Part shown: in pieces, positions 17,523 through 28,800 of the stretch | Position numbering within the stretch: the stretch's first letter is position 1 | How the letters are laid out: every line of letters starts with the position of its first letter | Assembly: GCA_041666045.1 (NCBI GenBank) | Contig: JBAYHR010000002.1 | Location: 18,773 to 82,772, forward strand | Length of the DNA stretch: 64,000 bases | Origin: Minisyncoccota bacterium | GTDB taxonomy: Bacteria; Patescibacteriota; Minisyncoccia; Phycocordibacterales; UBA9973 | Reading direction: 5' to 3' | Notes under the pieces: model-generated | Databases searched by the model: none | What the model saw: only the letters and a program-made list of their open reading frames with translations | What the model was told of the DNA's origin: nothing | Position numbers and translations under genes: made by a program

Positions 17523-18746
17523 ATGAAAAAATTAGTGGTGTTTTTTCTGTTTGCAATTCTAGGAATTGAAACAGTATTTGCGCAAAAAGGTATTAGTTTT
17601 GAAAACGGAGGAGATAAAGCTCTTGTTGAAATATATAAAGAACCAAATTTAGAGAAAATTCTTGAAAAAGCAAAAAAAGAAAATAAAATTGTTTTTATAG
17701 ATTGCTACACCTCTTGGTGCGCCCCATGTAAACAAATGTCTAAAAATGTTTTCACCAATGATACAATTGGAGATTTCTTTAATTCACATTTTGTATGCAT
17801 TAAAATGGATATGGAAAAAGGAGAAGGAAAAGTTTTTGCAAAGAAATATGAAATAGGATGTTATCCAACTTTTCTTTTTTTAGATGGTAATGGAAATGTA
17901 ATTTACAGAATAAGTAGTTCTTATTCTGTTCAAGAATTTTTTGAAATAGGTAAAAAAGTACTTTTACAAGAAAAACCATATTACATTTTGGAAAATGAAT
18001 ACAAAAAGGATAGTCTTTCCCGTCAAGATTTTATTTCTTATATGAAATTACGTAAAACTTCGTGTCTAGAAGTTGATTCGGAGGTTCAAAAATACTTCAC
18101 TATTTTTAGTTCTGACAGTGAGAATGCTAGATTAGATTGGTCCGTTATACGGGACTTCGGTTTAGATATCAATTCACCCACTTTTAAGTTTTTAGTTTCA
18201 AATAAAGAAATCTTCTATCAGGTTTACACTAAAGATTCTGTGAATAACGTAATTGAAAATTTATACAAAAATGAATTTGATAAATGTTTTTATCCAAAAT
18301 TTGACAGCTTAAATTATTTAAGTTTGAAAGCGGAATTACTTAGTTCAGATTTTGTTTTTTCTCAAAAACTTATCACAACAACAGACTTAAATTTTTTTTC
18401 AATTACAAAAGATTGGAAAAAATATGCTAACGTAACAGTTACTTATGTTGATAATTATCTTAAAAAAGATGATTATTTAACATTAAATGAATTAGCTTGG
18501 GTATTTTATAAACACATAGATGCCGTTATTTATCTTGATATGGCAATTGACTGGGCAAAATGTTCAGTTGAATTGCATAAAGAGACATATAATATGGATA
18601 CTTATGCATGTTTATTATTTAAAACAAAAAAATATGAAGAGGCGTTGAAAGTTGCTGAAGAAGCTGTTCAGTTTCAAAAAGAAGCTGGACAAAACCCACC
18701 TGACACTGAAAAATTGCTTAATGAAATAAAAAAAGCAATGAAATAA
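17523..18746 (+). CDS. Secreted thioredoxin-fold protein with C-terminal TPR-like helices
   Basis: Signal peptide; WCAPC; YPTFLFLD; LNELAW...MDTYACLLFK. Confidence 0.85.
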   Translation: MKKLVVFFLFAILGIETVFAQKGISFENGGDKALVEIYKEPNLEKILEKAKKENKIVFIDCYTSWCAPCKQMSKNVFTNDTIGDFFNSHFVCIKMDMEKGEGKVFAKKYEIGCYPTFLFLDGNGNVIYRISSSYSVQEFFEIGKKVLLQEKPYYILENEYKKDSLSRQDFISYMKLRKTSCLEVDSEVQKYFTIFSSDSENARLDWSVIRDFGLDINSPTFKFLVSNKEIFYQVYTKDSVNNVIENLYKNEFDKCFYPKFDSLNYLSLKAELLSSDFVFSQKLITTTDLNFFSITKDWKKYANVTVTYVDNYLKKDDYLTLNELAWVFYKHIDAVIYLDMAIDWAKCSVELHKETYNMDTYACLLFKTKKYEEALKVAEEAVQFQKEAGQNPPDTEKLLNEIKKAMK

Positions 18747-18750
18747 TATT

Positions 18751-18784
18751 AAACACGCAAAACTAAGATTTTGCGTGTTTTTTT
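18751..18784 (+). terminator. Intrinsic terminator
   Basis: aaacacgcaaaa-6 nt-ttttgcgtgttt followed by a T run. Confidence 0.8.
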
Positions 18785-18886
18785 AATTTTCCACACAATA
18801 TTGTGTTTTATTTTAAGGCATTATATAATATATGAGTCGTTTATTATTAAAATTTAACAGTTTTATTATTAGTTAATTAAAAAATT

Positions 18887-19930
18887 ATGAAAAAATATAT
18901 ATTAATCATGTCGTTTATTTTTGTGTTTGTTTTAGGAGGAGTATTTATGCTTTCTTCTAAAAATGCAGAAGCTGTAGTTGATAATAATCCAACTGTATTA
19001 AAAGTAAGGTATATTACTTCATGGACTCCTTCTGCTGGTGAAGGTATTAATTATGATCTTCAGGTTTTTGAAGGAACTGATACATCTAAAGCTCCAGTTG
19101 TTTTTAAAGAAGGTTTAACAACAACATCTTTTGATTTAACTGAATCTTTGCTTTCAGGTAAAACATATAACTACAGAGTTAGAGCAAGAAATCCTTTTGG
19201 TTACAGCGGATGGAGCGCTTTGACTTTAGTAAAACCTATTTTTACAACAGATGTTGCAAAATCAACAATTGCAACTACCCTTTCTGCTTTTTCTGGTTAT
19301 GATGTTGCTTCTGTAAAAGCTAAGTTTTTAAAATTTGATGCTGTAGCAAAAGCAAAAGCTGTAGCGCAAGTTGCAGTTTCAGCAGCTGACACAGCAAATA
19401 AAGCCCTTATTATTTCTGCTAAGGCAGTTATAGCAACCGACAAAGCTTTTAGTTTAAGTTCTACTGTTGCAAAAAAGACTGCTCTTAAAACAGCTTATAC
19501 TGCTTATAAAGCAAAAGATTTAAAAGCTTATACTGCAGTTGAAAAAGCAAATATTGCGCTTAAGGCATTAGATAGAGCTATGGCAGTTTTAACTGGACAA
19601 ACAAGTTCAGGAACGGGAACTGTCACTTTAAATTCTATGGCCAATACTATTACTATAGAAAATGGATTATCAGTTTTTCCTTTAATTAGCAGGAATTGTG
19701 GAGATCCAAGATTTTGTTTTACATCACCTTTAATTGATCCGATTTCATCATATTTAAGTGAGACAGCTAGAGAAGTGTTAAATTTAGAGTTGCCGATTGG
19801 AGAAGTTAAATCAGCAACAGATTGTGGGTGTGGACTTAACAAAAGTTGTTATACTTGTGAAAATGGTACTAGGGTTTGTGACGAAACAAAGTGTAAAGGT
19901 CCTTCCACTAAGGAAAAGCCTACATCCTAG
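18887..19930 (+). CDS. Secreted protein: FN3-like domain, Ala/Lys helix, Cys-rich tail
   Basis: YNYRVRARNPFGYSGWS; CGCGLNKSCYTC. Confidence 0.8.
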   Translation: MKKYILIMSFIFVFVLGGVFMLSSKNAEAVVDNNPTVLKVRYITSWTPSAGEGINYDLQVFEGTDTSKAPVVFKEGLTTTSFDLTESLLSGKTYNYRVRARNPFGYSGWSALTLVKPIFTTDVAKSTIATTLSAFSGYDVASVKAKFLKFDAVAKAKAVAQVAVSAADTANKALIISAKAVIATDKAFSLSSTVAKKTALKTAYTAYKAKDLKAYTAVEKANIALKALDRAMAVLTGQTSSGTGTVTLNSMANTITIENGLSVFPLISRNCGDPRFCFTSPLIDPISSYLSETAREVLNLELPIGEVKSATDCGCGLNKSCYTCENGTRVCDETKCKGPSTKEKPTS

Positions 19931-20021
19931 ATACTTAATAAGTAGTTAAGAACCATTCTTATTACTAAAAAGTTGAAGTTATAAAAAATTATTATTAACT
20001 AATTATAAAATTAAAAAAATT

Positions 20022-20489
20022 ATGAAAAAATATATTATCGTTTCAATTATCGTCGCAGCGTTATTTATAGGAGGAAGTATTGGGATTACTAGAGCTTTAA
20101 CAGCAACACAATCAAAATTTATAGCAAAAACACCTATTACATTAACAAATTCTTTTTTTGCTAAAAATCTGGCTGATACATTAATAGCAAGGGGAGCTTC
20201 AACCTTACCAAGTGTAACTTTAGTTGGGATCATTAGTGATGCTATAAAAAATATTAGTGATTTTACAGGAAAAACAATTACTCCCGTTATAGGACAACAA
20301 CCAACAGGTAGTGGAAGTGGACAAGTATATAAAAACTTTTTGTTTACTATGTATAATTTACAAGGCCAGGTGGTAGGTTGTATGTCTTGTGATTGTAATT
20401 ATAATGCTGATGGTTTTGTTGATACTGGAAGTTGCACTGGTTGTTTTCAAAGTGGTGCTCCTGCGAGTGGAAGTTGTGCCCAGTCTTAG
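20022..20489 (+). CDS. Secreted protein with Cys-rich C-terminus
   Basis: Signal peptide; CMSCDC...CTGC...C. Confidence 0.75.
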   Translation: MKKYIIVSIIVAALFIGGSIGITRALTATQSKFIAKTPITLTNSFFAKNLADTLIARGASTLPSVTLVGIISDAIKNISDFTGKTITPVIGQQPTGSGSGQVYKNFLFTMYNLQGQVVGCMSCDCNYNADGFVDTGSCTGCFQSGAPASGSCAQS

Positions 20490-20534
20490 ATAAATAAAGT
20501 TCTGTTACTTTTATTAATATTAAATAATTTTTAT

Positions 20535-20566
20535 AAAAAAACCCAAGATTATTCTTGGGTTTTTTT
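20535..20566. terminator. Bidirectional terminator between convergent genes
   Basis: aaaaaaacccaaga-ttat-tcttgggttttttt. Confidence 0.85.
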
Positions 20567-21215
20567 AATAAGTTATTATTTTAATTTCTACTTTGTATTT
20601 TTGTGCACCAAGGTAATCAATGTCTTTTATCCTTTCTCTTCCAATCCCATTTTTAATAAGATAGTGGGTAATATTTTTAGCAATTCTACTGGAGGTTTCT
20701 ATATTATAATGGTATTCATCATATGGTTCATATGCCCAGATTTCTATTTTAATTTGATTCTTAGACATTAGTTCATGAAGTGCTTCCATTGAGATATGGG
20801 CTGACTCTTTATTATTAGTAGAATTTCCATAGAAATTATTTTTTCCACCGATAATATATTTGCCTCCTTCTTTTAGTTTTTGCAATACAACCTCCTTTTT
20901 TATTTTATAGCCTTTTTTTTGTAGTTCAGAATATTTAATTTCTTCAACTTTGAAAAAATAATTTTCTTTTAAAAAAACAACATAGTAATTATTATTTTTT
21001 TGAGAAGAAATTTTTATGTTATATTCCCCATTTAAATGATTAGAAATTGTCTTAATAATATTGTTGTTTTTTTTGTCTTTAAGTATTATTTCAGCGTTAA
21101 TAGGAACATTATTTTCATCTTTAACTATTCCACTGATTTCTAAGGCTTGCTCTTGTGCTTTTGTCGCCATCCCTACACCTAGTGTAATGATAACTAAAAT
21201 ACATTTTATATTCAT
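20565..21215 (-). CDS. Secreted protein: carboxypeptidase-regulatory-like beta domain plus degenerate OmpA_C-like domain
   Basis: ISGIVKDENNVPI...GEY; IKIEI...YN...SSRIAKNITHYLIKNGIGRERI. Confidence 0.65.
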   Translation of the reverse strand: MNIKCILVIITLGVGMATKAQEQALEISGIVKDENNVPINAEIILKDKKNNNIIKTISNHLNGEYNIKISSQKNNNYYVVFLKENYFFKVEEIKYSELQKKGYKIKKEVVLQKLKEGGKYIIGGKNNFYGNSTNNKESAHISMEALHELMSKNQIKIEIWAYEPYDEYHYNIETSSRIAKNITHYLIKNGIGRERIKDIDYLGAQKYKVEIKIITY

Positions 21216-21251
21216 ATTTTCAAAGATTTTTAAAGGTTAGTTTCTATTTTT

Positions 21252-21283
21252 ATAATACTAAATTTACATCAAAAAGTCAAATT
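21252..21283 (-). promoter_or_regulatory. Sigma70-type promoter, near-identical to 17458-17489
   Basis: Minus strand aatTTGACTttttgatgtaaatttagTATTAT. Confidence 0.7.
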
Positions 21284-21320
21284 TTAGTATTTTTTTATTT
21301 TTTTGTGATAAAATACAAAA

Positions 21321-22517
21321 ATGCGCGATAAACAAATTGAAAAACTTATTAAATTAGAAGATAAAAGGCAGAAGAGTGTTATTAACCTAATAGCATCTGA
21401 GAACTATGTTTCTAAGGATGTATTACAAGCACTCGGTTCTAATCTTACAAACAAATATGCAGAAGGTTATCCTGGGAGGAGATATTATGGTGGTAATACT
21501 ATCATTGATAAGGTTGAAAATCTTTGTATAGAACGAGCTTTAAAACTTTTTAAATTAAAACCTGAAAATTGGCATGTGAATGTTCAGCTTCTCTCTGGTA
21601 GTCCTGCAAATTTTGCTTTGTATTCTGCTCTAGTTCCTGTTGGTGGAAAAATTATGGGAATGAAATTAACTTCGGGTGGGCATTTGACGCACGGGCATCC
21701 ACTTTCAATGACAGGGAAACTTTGGAAACCAATTCAATTTGAAGTTGATGCAAAAACTGAAGTTATTGATTATGAAAAATTAAAACAAATGGCAATAGCA
21801 GAAAAACCAGATATTATTGTTTGTGGTTTTACGGCTTATCCAAGATTTGTAGATTTTAAAAAGTTTAGAGAGATTGCTGATGCGGTGGTTTACCCTGACG
21901 GCAGGAAGGGAGCAATATTGCATGTAGATATGTCTCATTTTGCGGGATTGGTCGCAGGAGGAGTTTATCCATCACCATTTCAATACGCAGATACTGTGAT
22001 GACAACTACACACAAATCTCTTCGTGGACCAAGACAAGCTATTTTATTTATTAAAAAAGATGCTAGAGAGTTTGATAAAAAATTAGACAAGATGGTTATC
22101 CCAGGACTTTTTGGTGGACCGCATGAAAACAATATTGCAGGTGTCGCTATCGCTTTAAAAGAAGCAATGGCTCCAGCATTTAAAAAATACGCTAAACAAG
22201 TTATGAAAAATGCAAAAACACTAGCAAATGAATTACAAAAACTAGGTTGGCATATTATTTCTGGCGGAACTGATTCTCATTTAATATTGATGGACACATG
22301 GATGAATGGCGCTGGAGTTTCTGGAAAAGACGCAGAAAAAATGCTTGAGAAAGTAGGAATTATCGTTAATAAAAATACTATTCCTCAAGATTCTCGTGGA
22401 GTAATGGATCCTTCTGGTATTCGTCTTGGAACTTGCGCAGAAACAACAAGAGGTAAAAAAGAAAAAGATATGATAAAAATTGCACAGAAAATAGATAAGA
22501 TTTTGAGAAGTAAATAA
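21321..22517 (+). CDS. glyA: Serine hydroxymethyltransferase
   Basis: LIASEN, NKYAEGYPGRRYYGG, GGHLTHG, TTTHKSLRGPR. Confidence 0.98.
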   Translation: MRDKQIEKLIKLEDKRQKSVINLIASENYVSKDVLQALGSNLTNKYAEGYPGRRYYGGNTIIDKVENLCIERALKLFKLKPENWHVNVQLLSGSPANFALYSALVPVGGKIMGMKLTSGGHLTHGHPLSMTGKLWKPIQFEVDAKTEVIDYEKLKQMAIAEKPDIIVCGFTAYPRFVDFKKFREIADAVVYPDGRKGAILHVDMSHFAGLVAGGVYPSPFQYADTVMTTTHKSLRGPRQAILFIKKDAREFDKKLDKMVIPGLFGGPHENNIAGVAIALKEAMAPAFKKYAKQVMKNAKTLANELQKLGWHIISGGTDSHLILMDTWMNGAGVSGKDAEKMLEKVGIIVNKNTIPQDSRGVMDPSGIRLGTCAETTRGKKEKDMIKIAQKIDKILRSK

Positions 22518-22519
22518 AT

Positions 22520-22951
22520 ATGATTGAAGAAATTAAAAAACCAAAAGTTGGAGTCGGAGTAATGATCTTTAAAGATGGAAAAGTTTTATTTAAAAAAAGA
22601 AAATCTTTTCTTGGAATGAGTGAGTATTCTTTCACTGGTGGACATTTAGATTATATGGAAAGTTTTGAAGAATGTGCACGTCGTGAAACACGCGAAGAAG
22701 CAGGAATTGAAATAAAGAACATTCGATTAAATTATCTTGCTAATATTAAAAAATATAAACCAAAACATTATATAGATATTGGTGTAATAGCTGATTGGGA
22801 GAGTGGTGAACCTCAAGTTTTAGAACCAGAAAAAAATGATAGTTGGGAATGGTATGAAATTGATAGTTTTCCAGAGCCACTTTTTTATCCATGCCAGTTG
22901 GCTTTAAAAAGTTACAAAACCGGAAAAATTAATTATTACGATAATTTATGA
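22520..22951 (+). CDS. Nudix hydrolase (MutT-like)
   Basis: GGHLDYMESFEECARRETREEAG Nudix box. Confidence 0.92.
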   Translation: MIEEIKKPKVGVGVMIFKDGKVLFKKRKSFLGMSEYSFTGGHLDYMESFEECARRETREEAGIEIKNIRLNYLANIKKYKPKHYIDIGVIADWESGEPQVLEPEKNDSWEWYEIDSFPEPLFYPCQLALKSYKTGKINYYDNL

Positions 22952-23637
22952 AAAAAGGACGATTTATTGTTATAGATGGCACGGATGGAAGTGGAAAAGC
23001 TACGCAAGTAGAGCTTTTGATAAAGCATTTAAAAAAGGACGGTAAAAAAGTTAAAGTAGTAGATTTCCCTGATTATTACCAAAATTTTTTTGGTAAATTT
23101 ATTGGGCACTGTCTTTCCGAACAATATTATAAATTTATTCATGTGCATCCCAAAATAGCTTCTGTCTTATTTGCAGCAGATCGTTTTGAATCTAAAAATA
23201 AAATTGATAAATGGCTTAAAGAAGGAAATATCATTATTGCGAATAGATATGTAAGTTCAAATCAAATTCATCAAGGCGGAAAAATTAAAAATAAAAAAAA
23301 ACGACAAGCTTTCATTGAATGGCTTAATGAAATGGAATACGGAGTCTTTAAAATTCCAAAGCCAGACACTGTTTTTTATTTAAGTTTGCCTATAAATATC
23401 GTTCTTAAACTTTTGAAACATCGTGATAGTAGTAAAATGAAAAGAGTTTATTTAAAAAAGAAGAAAGATGTTCATGAAAGTGATGTTGATTTTATGAAGA
23501 ATTCAATAAATAGCGCGATATGGCTTGCGAATACTCAAAAAAATTGGATTAAAATAGATTGTTCAAAAAATGGAGAGATTTTATCTCGTTCAGAAATCCA
23601 TGAAATGGTTTATGAGAAAGTTAAGAAGATTATATGA
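22948..23637 (+). CDS. tmk: Thymidylate kinase
   Basis: IDGTDGSGKAT, LFAADR, NRYVSSN; adjacent to dut. Confidence 0.9.
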   Translation: MKKGRFIVIDGTDGSGKATQVELLIKHLKKDGKKVKVVDFPDYYQNFFGKFIGHCLSEQYYKFIHVHPKIASVLFAADRFESKNKIDKWLKEGNIIIANRYVSSNQIHQGGKIKNKKKRQAFIEWLNEMEYGVFKIPKPDTVFYLSLPINIVLKLLKHRDSSKMKRVYLKKKKDVHESDVDFMKNSINSAIWLANTQKNWIKIDCSKNGEILSRSEIHEMVYEKVKKII

Positions 23638-24059
23638 AAATAAAAATAAAAAAACTAAAAAAAGATGCGAAATTGCCTACTCATGGGCATCCAGGGGACG
23701 CAGGGATAGATTTTTATGCTGTTGAAACAGTTGTTTTTGTTCCTCATAAACAAAATAGAGTGCCAACTGGTATTTCTGTAGAAATTCCAGAAGATCATGT
23801 AGGTTTGATTTGGGACAAGTCTAGTATTTCTTTTAATAAGGGTTTGAAAGTTATGGGTGGAGTTATTGATTGTGGTTATAGAGGAGAAATATTTATGAGT
23901 CTTTTGAATACATCTGACGAAGAAGTTGTAATAGAAAAAGGGCACAAAATTGCTCAAATGATAATACAAAAATTTGAACATTGTGATATTGTGGAAGTTG
24001 AAGAACTTTCAGAAACTATTCGTGGTGATGGGCGAGAAGGCAGTACGGGACATAAATAA
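23634..24059 (+). CDS. dut: dUTP diphosphatase
   Basis: DAGIDF, GVIDCGYRGE, KIAQ, RGDGREGSTG. Confidence 0.96.
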   Translation: MKIKIKKLKKDAKLPTHGHPGDAGIDFYAVETVVFVPHKQNRVPTGISVEIPEDHVGLIWDKSSISFNKGLKVMGGVIDCGYRGEIFMSLLNTSDEEVVIEKGHKIAQMIIQKFEHCDIVEVEELSETIRGDGREGSTGHK

Positions 24060-24060
24060 T

Positions 24061-25809
24061 ATGATAGAAGAAAAAATTAAAGATTTAATAAAAAATGCAT
24101 TAAAAAGTCTCAATATAGAAGTTGAGGAAATTTTACTTGAACATCCAGCTGATTTGAAAATGGGTGATTATTCTACAAATGTTGCGATGTCTCTTGCAAA
24201 GAAGGAGAAAACAAATCCAAAAGAATTAGCAGAAAAGATTGTTATTGAAATCTCAAAAAATATTCCAAAAGAAATAGAAAAAATAGAAGTTAAAAATGGA
24301 TTCATTAATTTTTATTTATCACATGAATTTTTTACTAAAAAAATAGAAGAAGTTTTGACTAATAAAAATTTTGGAGGTAATGATATTCTTTCTAATAAAA
24401 AAATAATGATTGAGTATACTCAACCAAATCCTTTCAAACCTTTTCATATAGGGCATTTAATGTCTAACTCTATCGGAGAATCACTTTCAAGACTTTTTGA
24501 GGCGAGTGGAGCGAAAGTTATAAGAGCAAATTATCAAGGTGATGTGGGTCCTCATGTGGCAAAAGCAATTTATCAAATTTTAAAAGATAAAAAAGATATT
24601 ATAACTGTTACTACTTTAGATAATTCATCTACAAATGAAAAAGCAAAATATATCGGTGAATGTTATGCAAAAGGAAATGATGCGTATGAAAATGACGAAA
24701 ATGCCAAAAAAGAAATAGATGAAATAAATAAAAAGATTTATGAAAAGTCTGATGAAGAAATAAATAAAGTTTATGATTGGGGACGAACCATTACATTAGA
24801 AGCATTTGAAGAAATATATAAAGAGCTTGGTACAAATTTTAATTATTATTTCTTTGAAAGTGAAATGGCTCCAATTGGAAAAAAAATAGTAAAAGAAAAT
24901 CTAGATAAAGCCGAAGGTCCTGAGAGTAGCCGAAGGATTTTTGAAAAATCAGATGGTGCCATAGTTTTCCATGCTGAGAATTATGATCTGAAACTTCACA
25001 CTCGAGTATTTATTAATTCTCAAGGTCTTCCAACATACGAAACAAAAGAATTAGGTTTGACTGAGACGAAGTTTAAAAAAGAAGATTTAGATATTTCTGT
25101 TGTGATAACAGCGCAAGAACAACAAGATTATATGAAAGTTGTGACAAAAGCGCTGGAGTTAATAGATCCACAAAATGCATCAAAAATGAAACACATTGTT
25201 CATGGAATGATGCGTCTTACTACTGGTAAAATGTCTTCTCGAAAAGGGAATGTAATAACAGGAGAATCTTTAATAGAAGATTCAAAAGCAGAAATTCTTA
25301 AAAAGATACAAGATAGAGATTTTACTGATGAAGAAAAAGAAATGGTTGCATCATGGGTGGGAGTATCAGCGCTTAAATATTCAATATTAAAACAATCAAT
25401 CGGTGGAGATATTATTTATGATTTTGAAAAATCAATTTCTTTTGAAGGTGATTCTGGTCCATATTTGCAATACGCATACGCGCGCGCTAAATCAATTATA
25501 GAAAAAGCTAGTGGGGAAGAAATCGTTCCAAGTTTTATAGATATGCCGGAGGAAATTTCTGAAGTAGAAAAATTAATATATCGTTTTCCTGAAATAGTAC
25601 AACATTCTGTGGAAGATTATGAACCGCATTACATTGCGAATTATTTGATAGAGCTTTCGCGCGCATATAATACATTTTATGGAAATACAAAAATAATAGA
25701 TAAAGATGATGCAACTTCACCTTATAAAGTGGCAATCACAGAAGCATTTTCTGTAATAGTAAAAAATGGTTTAAATCTTCTTGGAATTCAAGCGCCAGAG
25801 AGGATGTAA
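24061..25809 (+). CDS. argS: Arginine--tRNA ligase
   Basis: GDYSTNVAM, PNPFKPFHIGH, KMSSRKG, GPYLQYAYAR, PERM; ATG 24061 directly after dut. Confidence 0.97.
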   Translation: MIEEKIKDLIKNALKSLNIEVEEILLEHPADLKMGDYSTNVAMSLAKKEKTNPKELAEKIVIEISKNIPKEIEKIEVKNGFINFYLSHEFFTKKIEEVLTNKNFGGNDILSNKKIMIEYTQPNPFKPFHIGHLMSNSIGESLSRLFEASGAKVIRANYQGDVGPHVAKAIYQILKDKKDIITVTTLDNSSTNEKAKYIGECYAKGNDAYENDENAKKEIDEINKKIYEKSDEEINKVYDWGRTITLEAFEEIYKELGTNFNYYFFESEMAPIGKKIVKENLDKAEGPESSRRIFEKSDGAIVFHAENYDLKLHTRVFINSQGLPTYETKELGLTETKFKKEDLDISVVITAQEQQDYMKVVTKALELIDPQNASKMKHIVHGMMRLTTGKMSSRKGNVITGESLIEDSKAEILKKIQDRDFTDEEKEMVASWVGVSALKYSILKQSIGGDIIYDFEKSISFEGDSGPYLQYAYARAKSIIEKASGEEIVPSFIDMPEEISEVEKLIYRFPEIVQHSVEDYEPHYIANYLIELSRAYNTFYGNTKIIDKDDATSPYKVAITEAFSVIVKNGLNLLGIQAPERM

Positions 25810-25852
25810 TTTCTTCTTTTAAAATGAAAGATTTTTTGCTAGTATAGAAAAT

Positions 25853-28800
25853 ATGTCTGAAAATGAAAATAAATTGGCAAAATCAGAATTGGCTCAAAAA
25901 GAAGAGCGTATTTTAAGTTTTTGGAAAGAAAATAAGATTTTTGAAAAATCTTTAGAAAAAGAAGCCCCTAAAGGAAATTATGTTTTTTATGATGGTCCAC
26001 CATTTGCTACAGGAACTCCTCACTATGGTCATATATTAGGAAGTACAGCAAAAGATGTTATTGGACGTTATCAAACAATGCGTGGTTTTTGTGTTCCTCG
26101 TCGTTGGGGATGGGATTGTCATGGTTTGCCAATTGAAAATATTGTTGAAAAAGATTTAAATATTTCTGGGAAAAAAGCTATTGAAGAACTTGGCATAGAT
26201 AAATTTGTTGAACATGCTCGCAGTAAAGTTTTGACATATGTTGGCGAATGGAGAAAGACAATTGATCGTATGGGTAGATGGGTAGATTTTGATAATTCAT
26301 ATAAAACTATGGATAACACTTTTATTGAAAGTGTTTGGTGGGCGCTTGGAGAATTAAATAAAAAAGAATTACTTTACGAGGGAGTGAGAGTTCTCGCATA
26401 TTGTCCACGTTGTGAGACACCAATCGCTAATTCTGAAATTGCGATGGATAATAGTTATAAAGACATAACTGATATTTCTGTTTATGTAAAATTTAAATTA
26501 ATTAGTGAAGAAAATACATATTTACTTGCATGGACTACAACTCCTTGGACATTACCTGGCAATACTGCAATTGCGATTAATAATGAAATTAATTATATAT
26601 ATGTTTCTCATACTCCAGAAACAGGTAAAGAAATTTTAATTCTTGCAAAAGACAGATTTGATTCATTGAAAGATAAATTTACAAATCCAGAAATTATAAA
26701 AGAAGTAAAAGGGAGTGAATTAGTAGGTATGTCTTATGAGCCAGTATTTAATTATTACAAAAATACTGATTTGCCAAATAAAGAAAATATTTGGAAAGTT
26801 TGGCACGCAGATTTTGTTACTTTAGATAAAGGGACAGGAATTGCGCACGAAGCGCCTGCTTTTGGTGAAGAAGATATGGGGCTTGCTAAGGAAAATAATA
26901 TTCCATTTATTCGTCATGTTGAGCCAAATGGTGTATTTACAAAAGATGTCGCAGATTTTGCTGGGATAAAAGTTAAACCAAAAGAAGATGGTCAATCAAC
27001 AGATATTTTAATAATTAAATATTTAGCAAAAAAAGGAAAGCTTTTTTCAAAAGAAAAAATAATTCACTCATATCCACATTGTTATCGTTGTGAAACACCT
27101 TTGCTTTATTATGCTCTACCTTCTTGGTTTGTGAATATACAAAAAGTTAAAAATGATTTATTAAAAAATGCTGAGTCTATAAATTGGATTCCGTCTCATT
27201 TAAAAGAAGGACGTTTTAAAAATATAATGGAAAGTGCTCCAGATTGGACTATTTCACGAAATCGTTTTTGGGCAAGCCCATTACCTATTTGGAAATCTGA
27301 ATCTGGAAAAATAATGTTTGTGAATGGAATTGAAGATTTAAAATCAAAAGTTAAAAAATCTGGGAATAAATATTTTGCTTTTAGACACGGAGAAGCTGAA
27401 AATAATGTGAGTAAAGTTTATTTAGAAGATTTACATGGTAATGCTAATTTAACAGAGAAGGGGAAAGAACAAGTATTAGAAACTGCCAAAAATTTTAAAG
27501 AAAAAGTTGATATTATTATATCTTCTCCATTTAATAGGTCAAAACAGACTACAAAAATAATTTGTGAAGAGATTAATTTTCCATTTGAAAGTGTTATCTA
27601 TGACAAAAGAATTGAAGAATGGAAAACTAGTTCTATTTTTGAAGGGCAAGATAAAGCAATTTTTGAAAAATATTATTGTGAAGATTATTTAGATAAATTA
27701 GAGGAAGTTTTACCTAATGCTGAAAGTTTCGCACAAGTTATTAAACGTGTTGGTGATTTTATTTATGATATAGAAAATAAATATTCCGGGAAAAATATTC
27801 TTATTGTAGGACATCAAGGGGCTACAAGAGCTTTAAGTTTTTTGGTTAAAGGTTTAGCTTTTAATGATTTATCTAATAAAAATGATTTACTTATCTCTTT
27901 AAAAAATGCAGAAGTTAGAGAGTTTGATTTTGTTCCGCTTCCTCATAATCATAATTATGAATTGGATTTACATAGACCATATATAGATTCAATTGTTCTT
28001 GTTGATGAAAAAGGCGAAGAATATAAAAGAATACCAGAAGTTGTAGATTGTTGGTTTGAATCTGGGTCAATGCCTTTTGCTCAAGATCATTACCCATTTG
28101 AAAATTTAGATTGGAAGGAGAAAAATTTCCCAGCTGGTTTTGTAGCAGAATATATTGCTCAAACAAGAACTTGGTTTTATTATACTCACGCTATATCTTC
28201 AATTTTATTTAACGAAGCTCCATTTAAAAATGTGGTTACAACAGGAACTATTTTGGCGGAAGATGGACAGAAAATGTCAAAGTCAAAAAATAATTTTCCA
28301 GATCCTTGGATTTTGTTTGATAAATATGGAGTGGATGCGCTTCGTTTTTATTTAATGTTTTGTCCTGTGATGAAAGGGGAGGATATTAATTTTTCAGAAA
28401 AATCTGTTCAAGATATTTCAAATAAAATAATAAATAGATTTAATAATGTTATATCTTTTTATGAATTATATAGAGATGTAGAAGTAGAAGATATAAAGGC
28501 TAGAGTAGAAAGTAAAAATATTTTAGATCAGTGGATATTGGCTCGTTTAGATGAGCTTATTGCTCAATCAACAGATGGAATGGAAAAATATGATATGGCA
28601 CAAGCTACAAAGCCATTTGAATTATTTATTGAAGATTTATCTACTTGGTATTTACGTCGTTCTAGAGATAGGTTAAAAGATAACAATAAAGAAGCAAAGA
28701 AAGTTTTGTATTTTGTTATTAAAACTCTTGCAGTTTTGATGGCACCATTTACTCCTTTTATATCAGAAGATATATGGCAGAAATTTAAAAAGGAAGGTGA

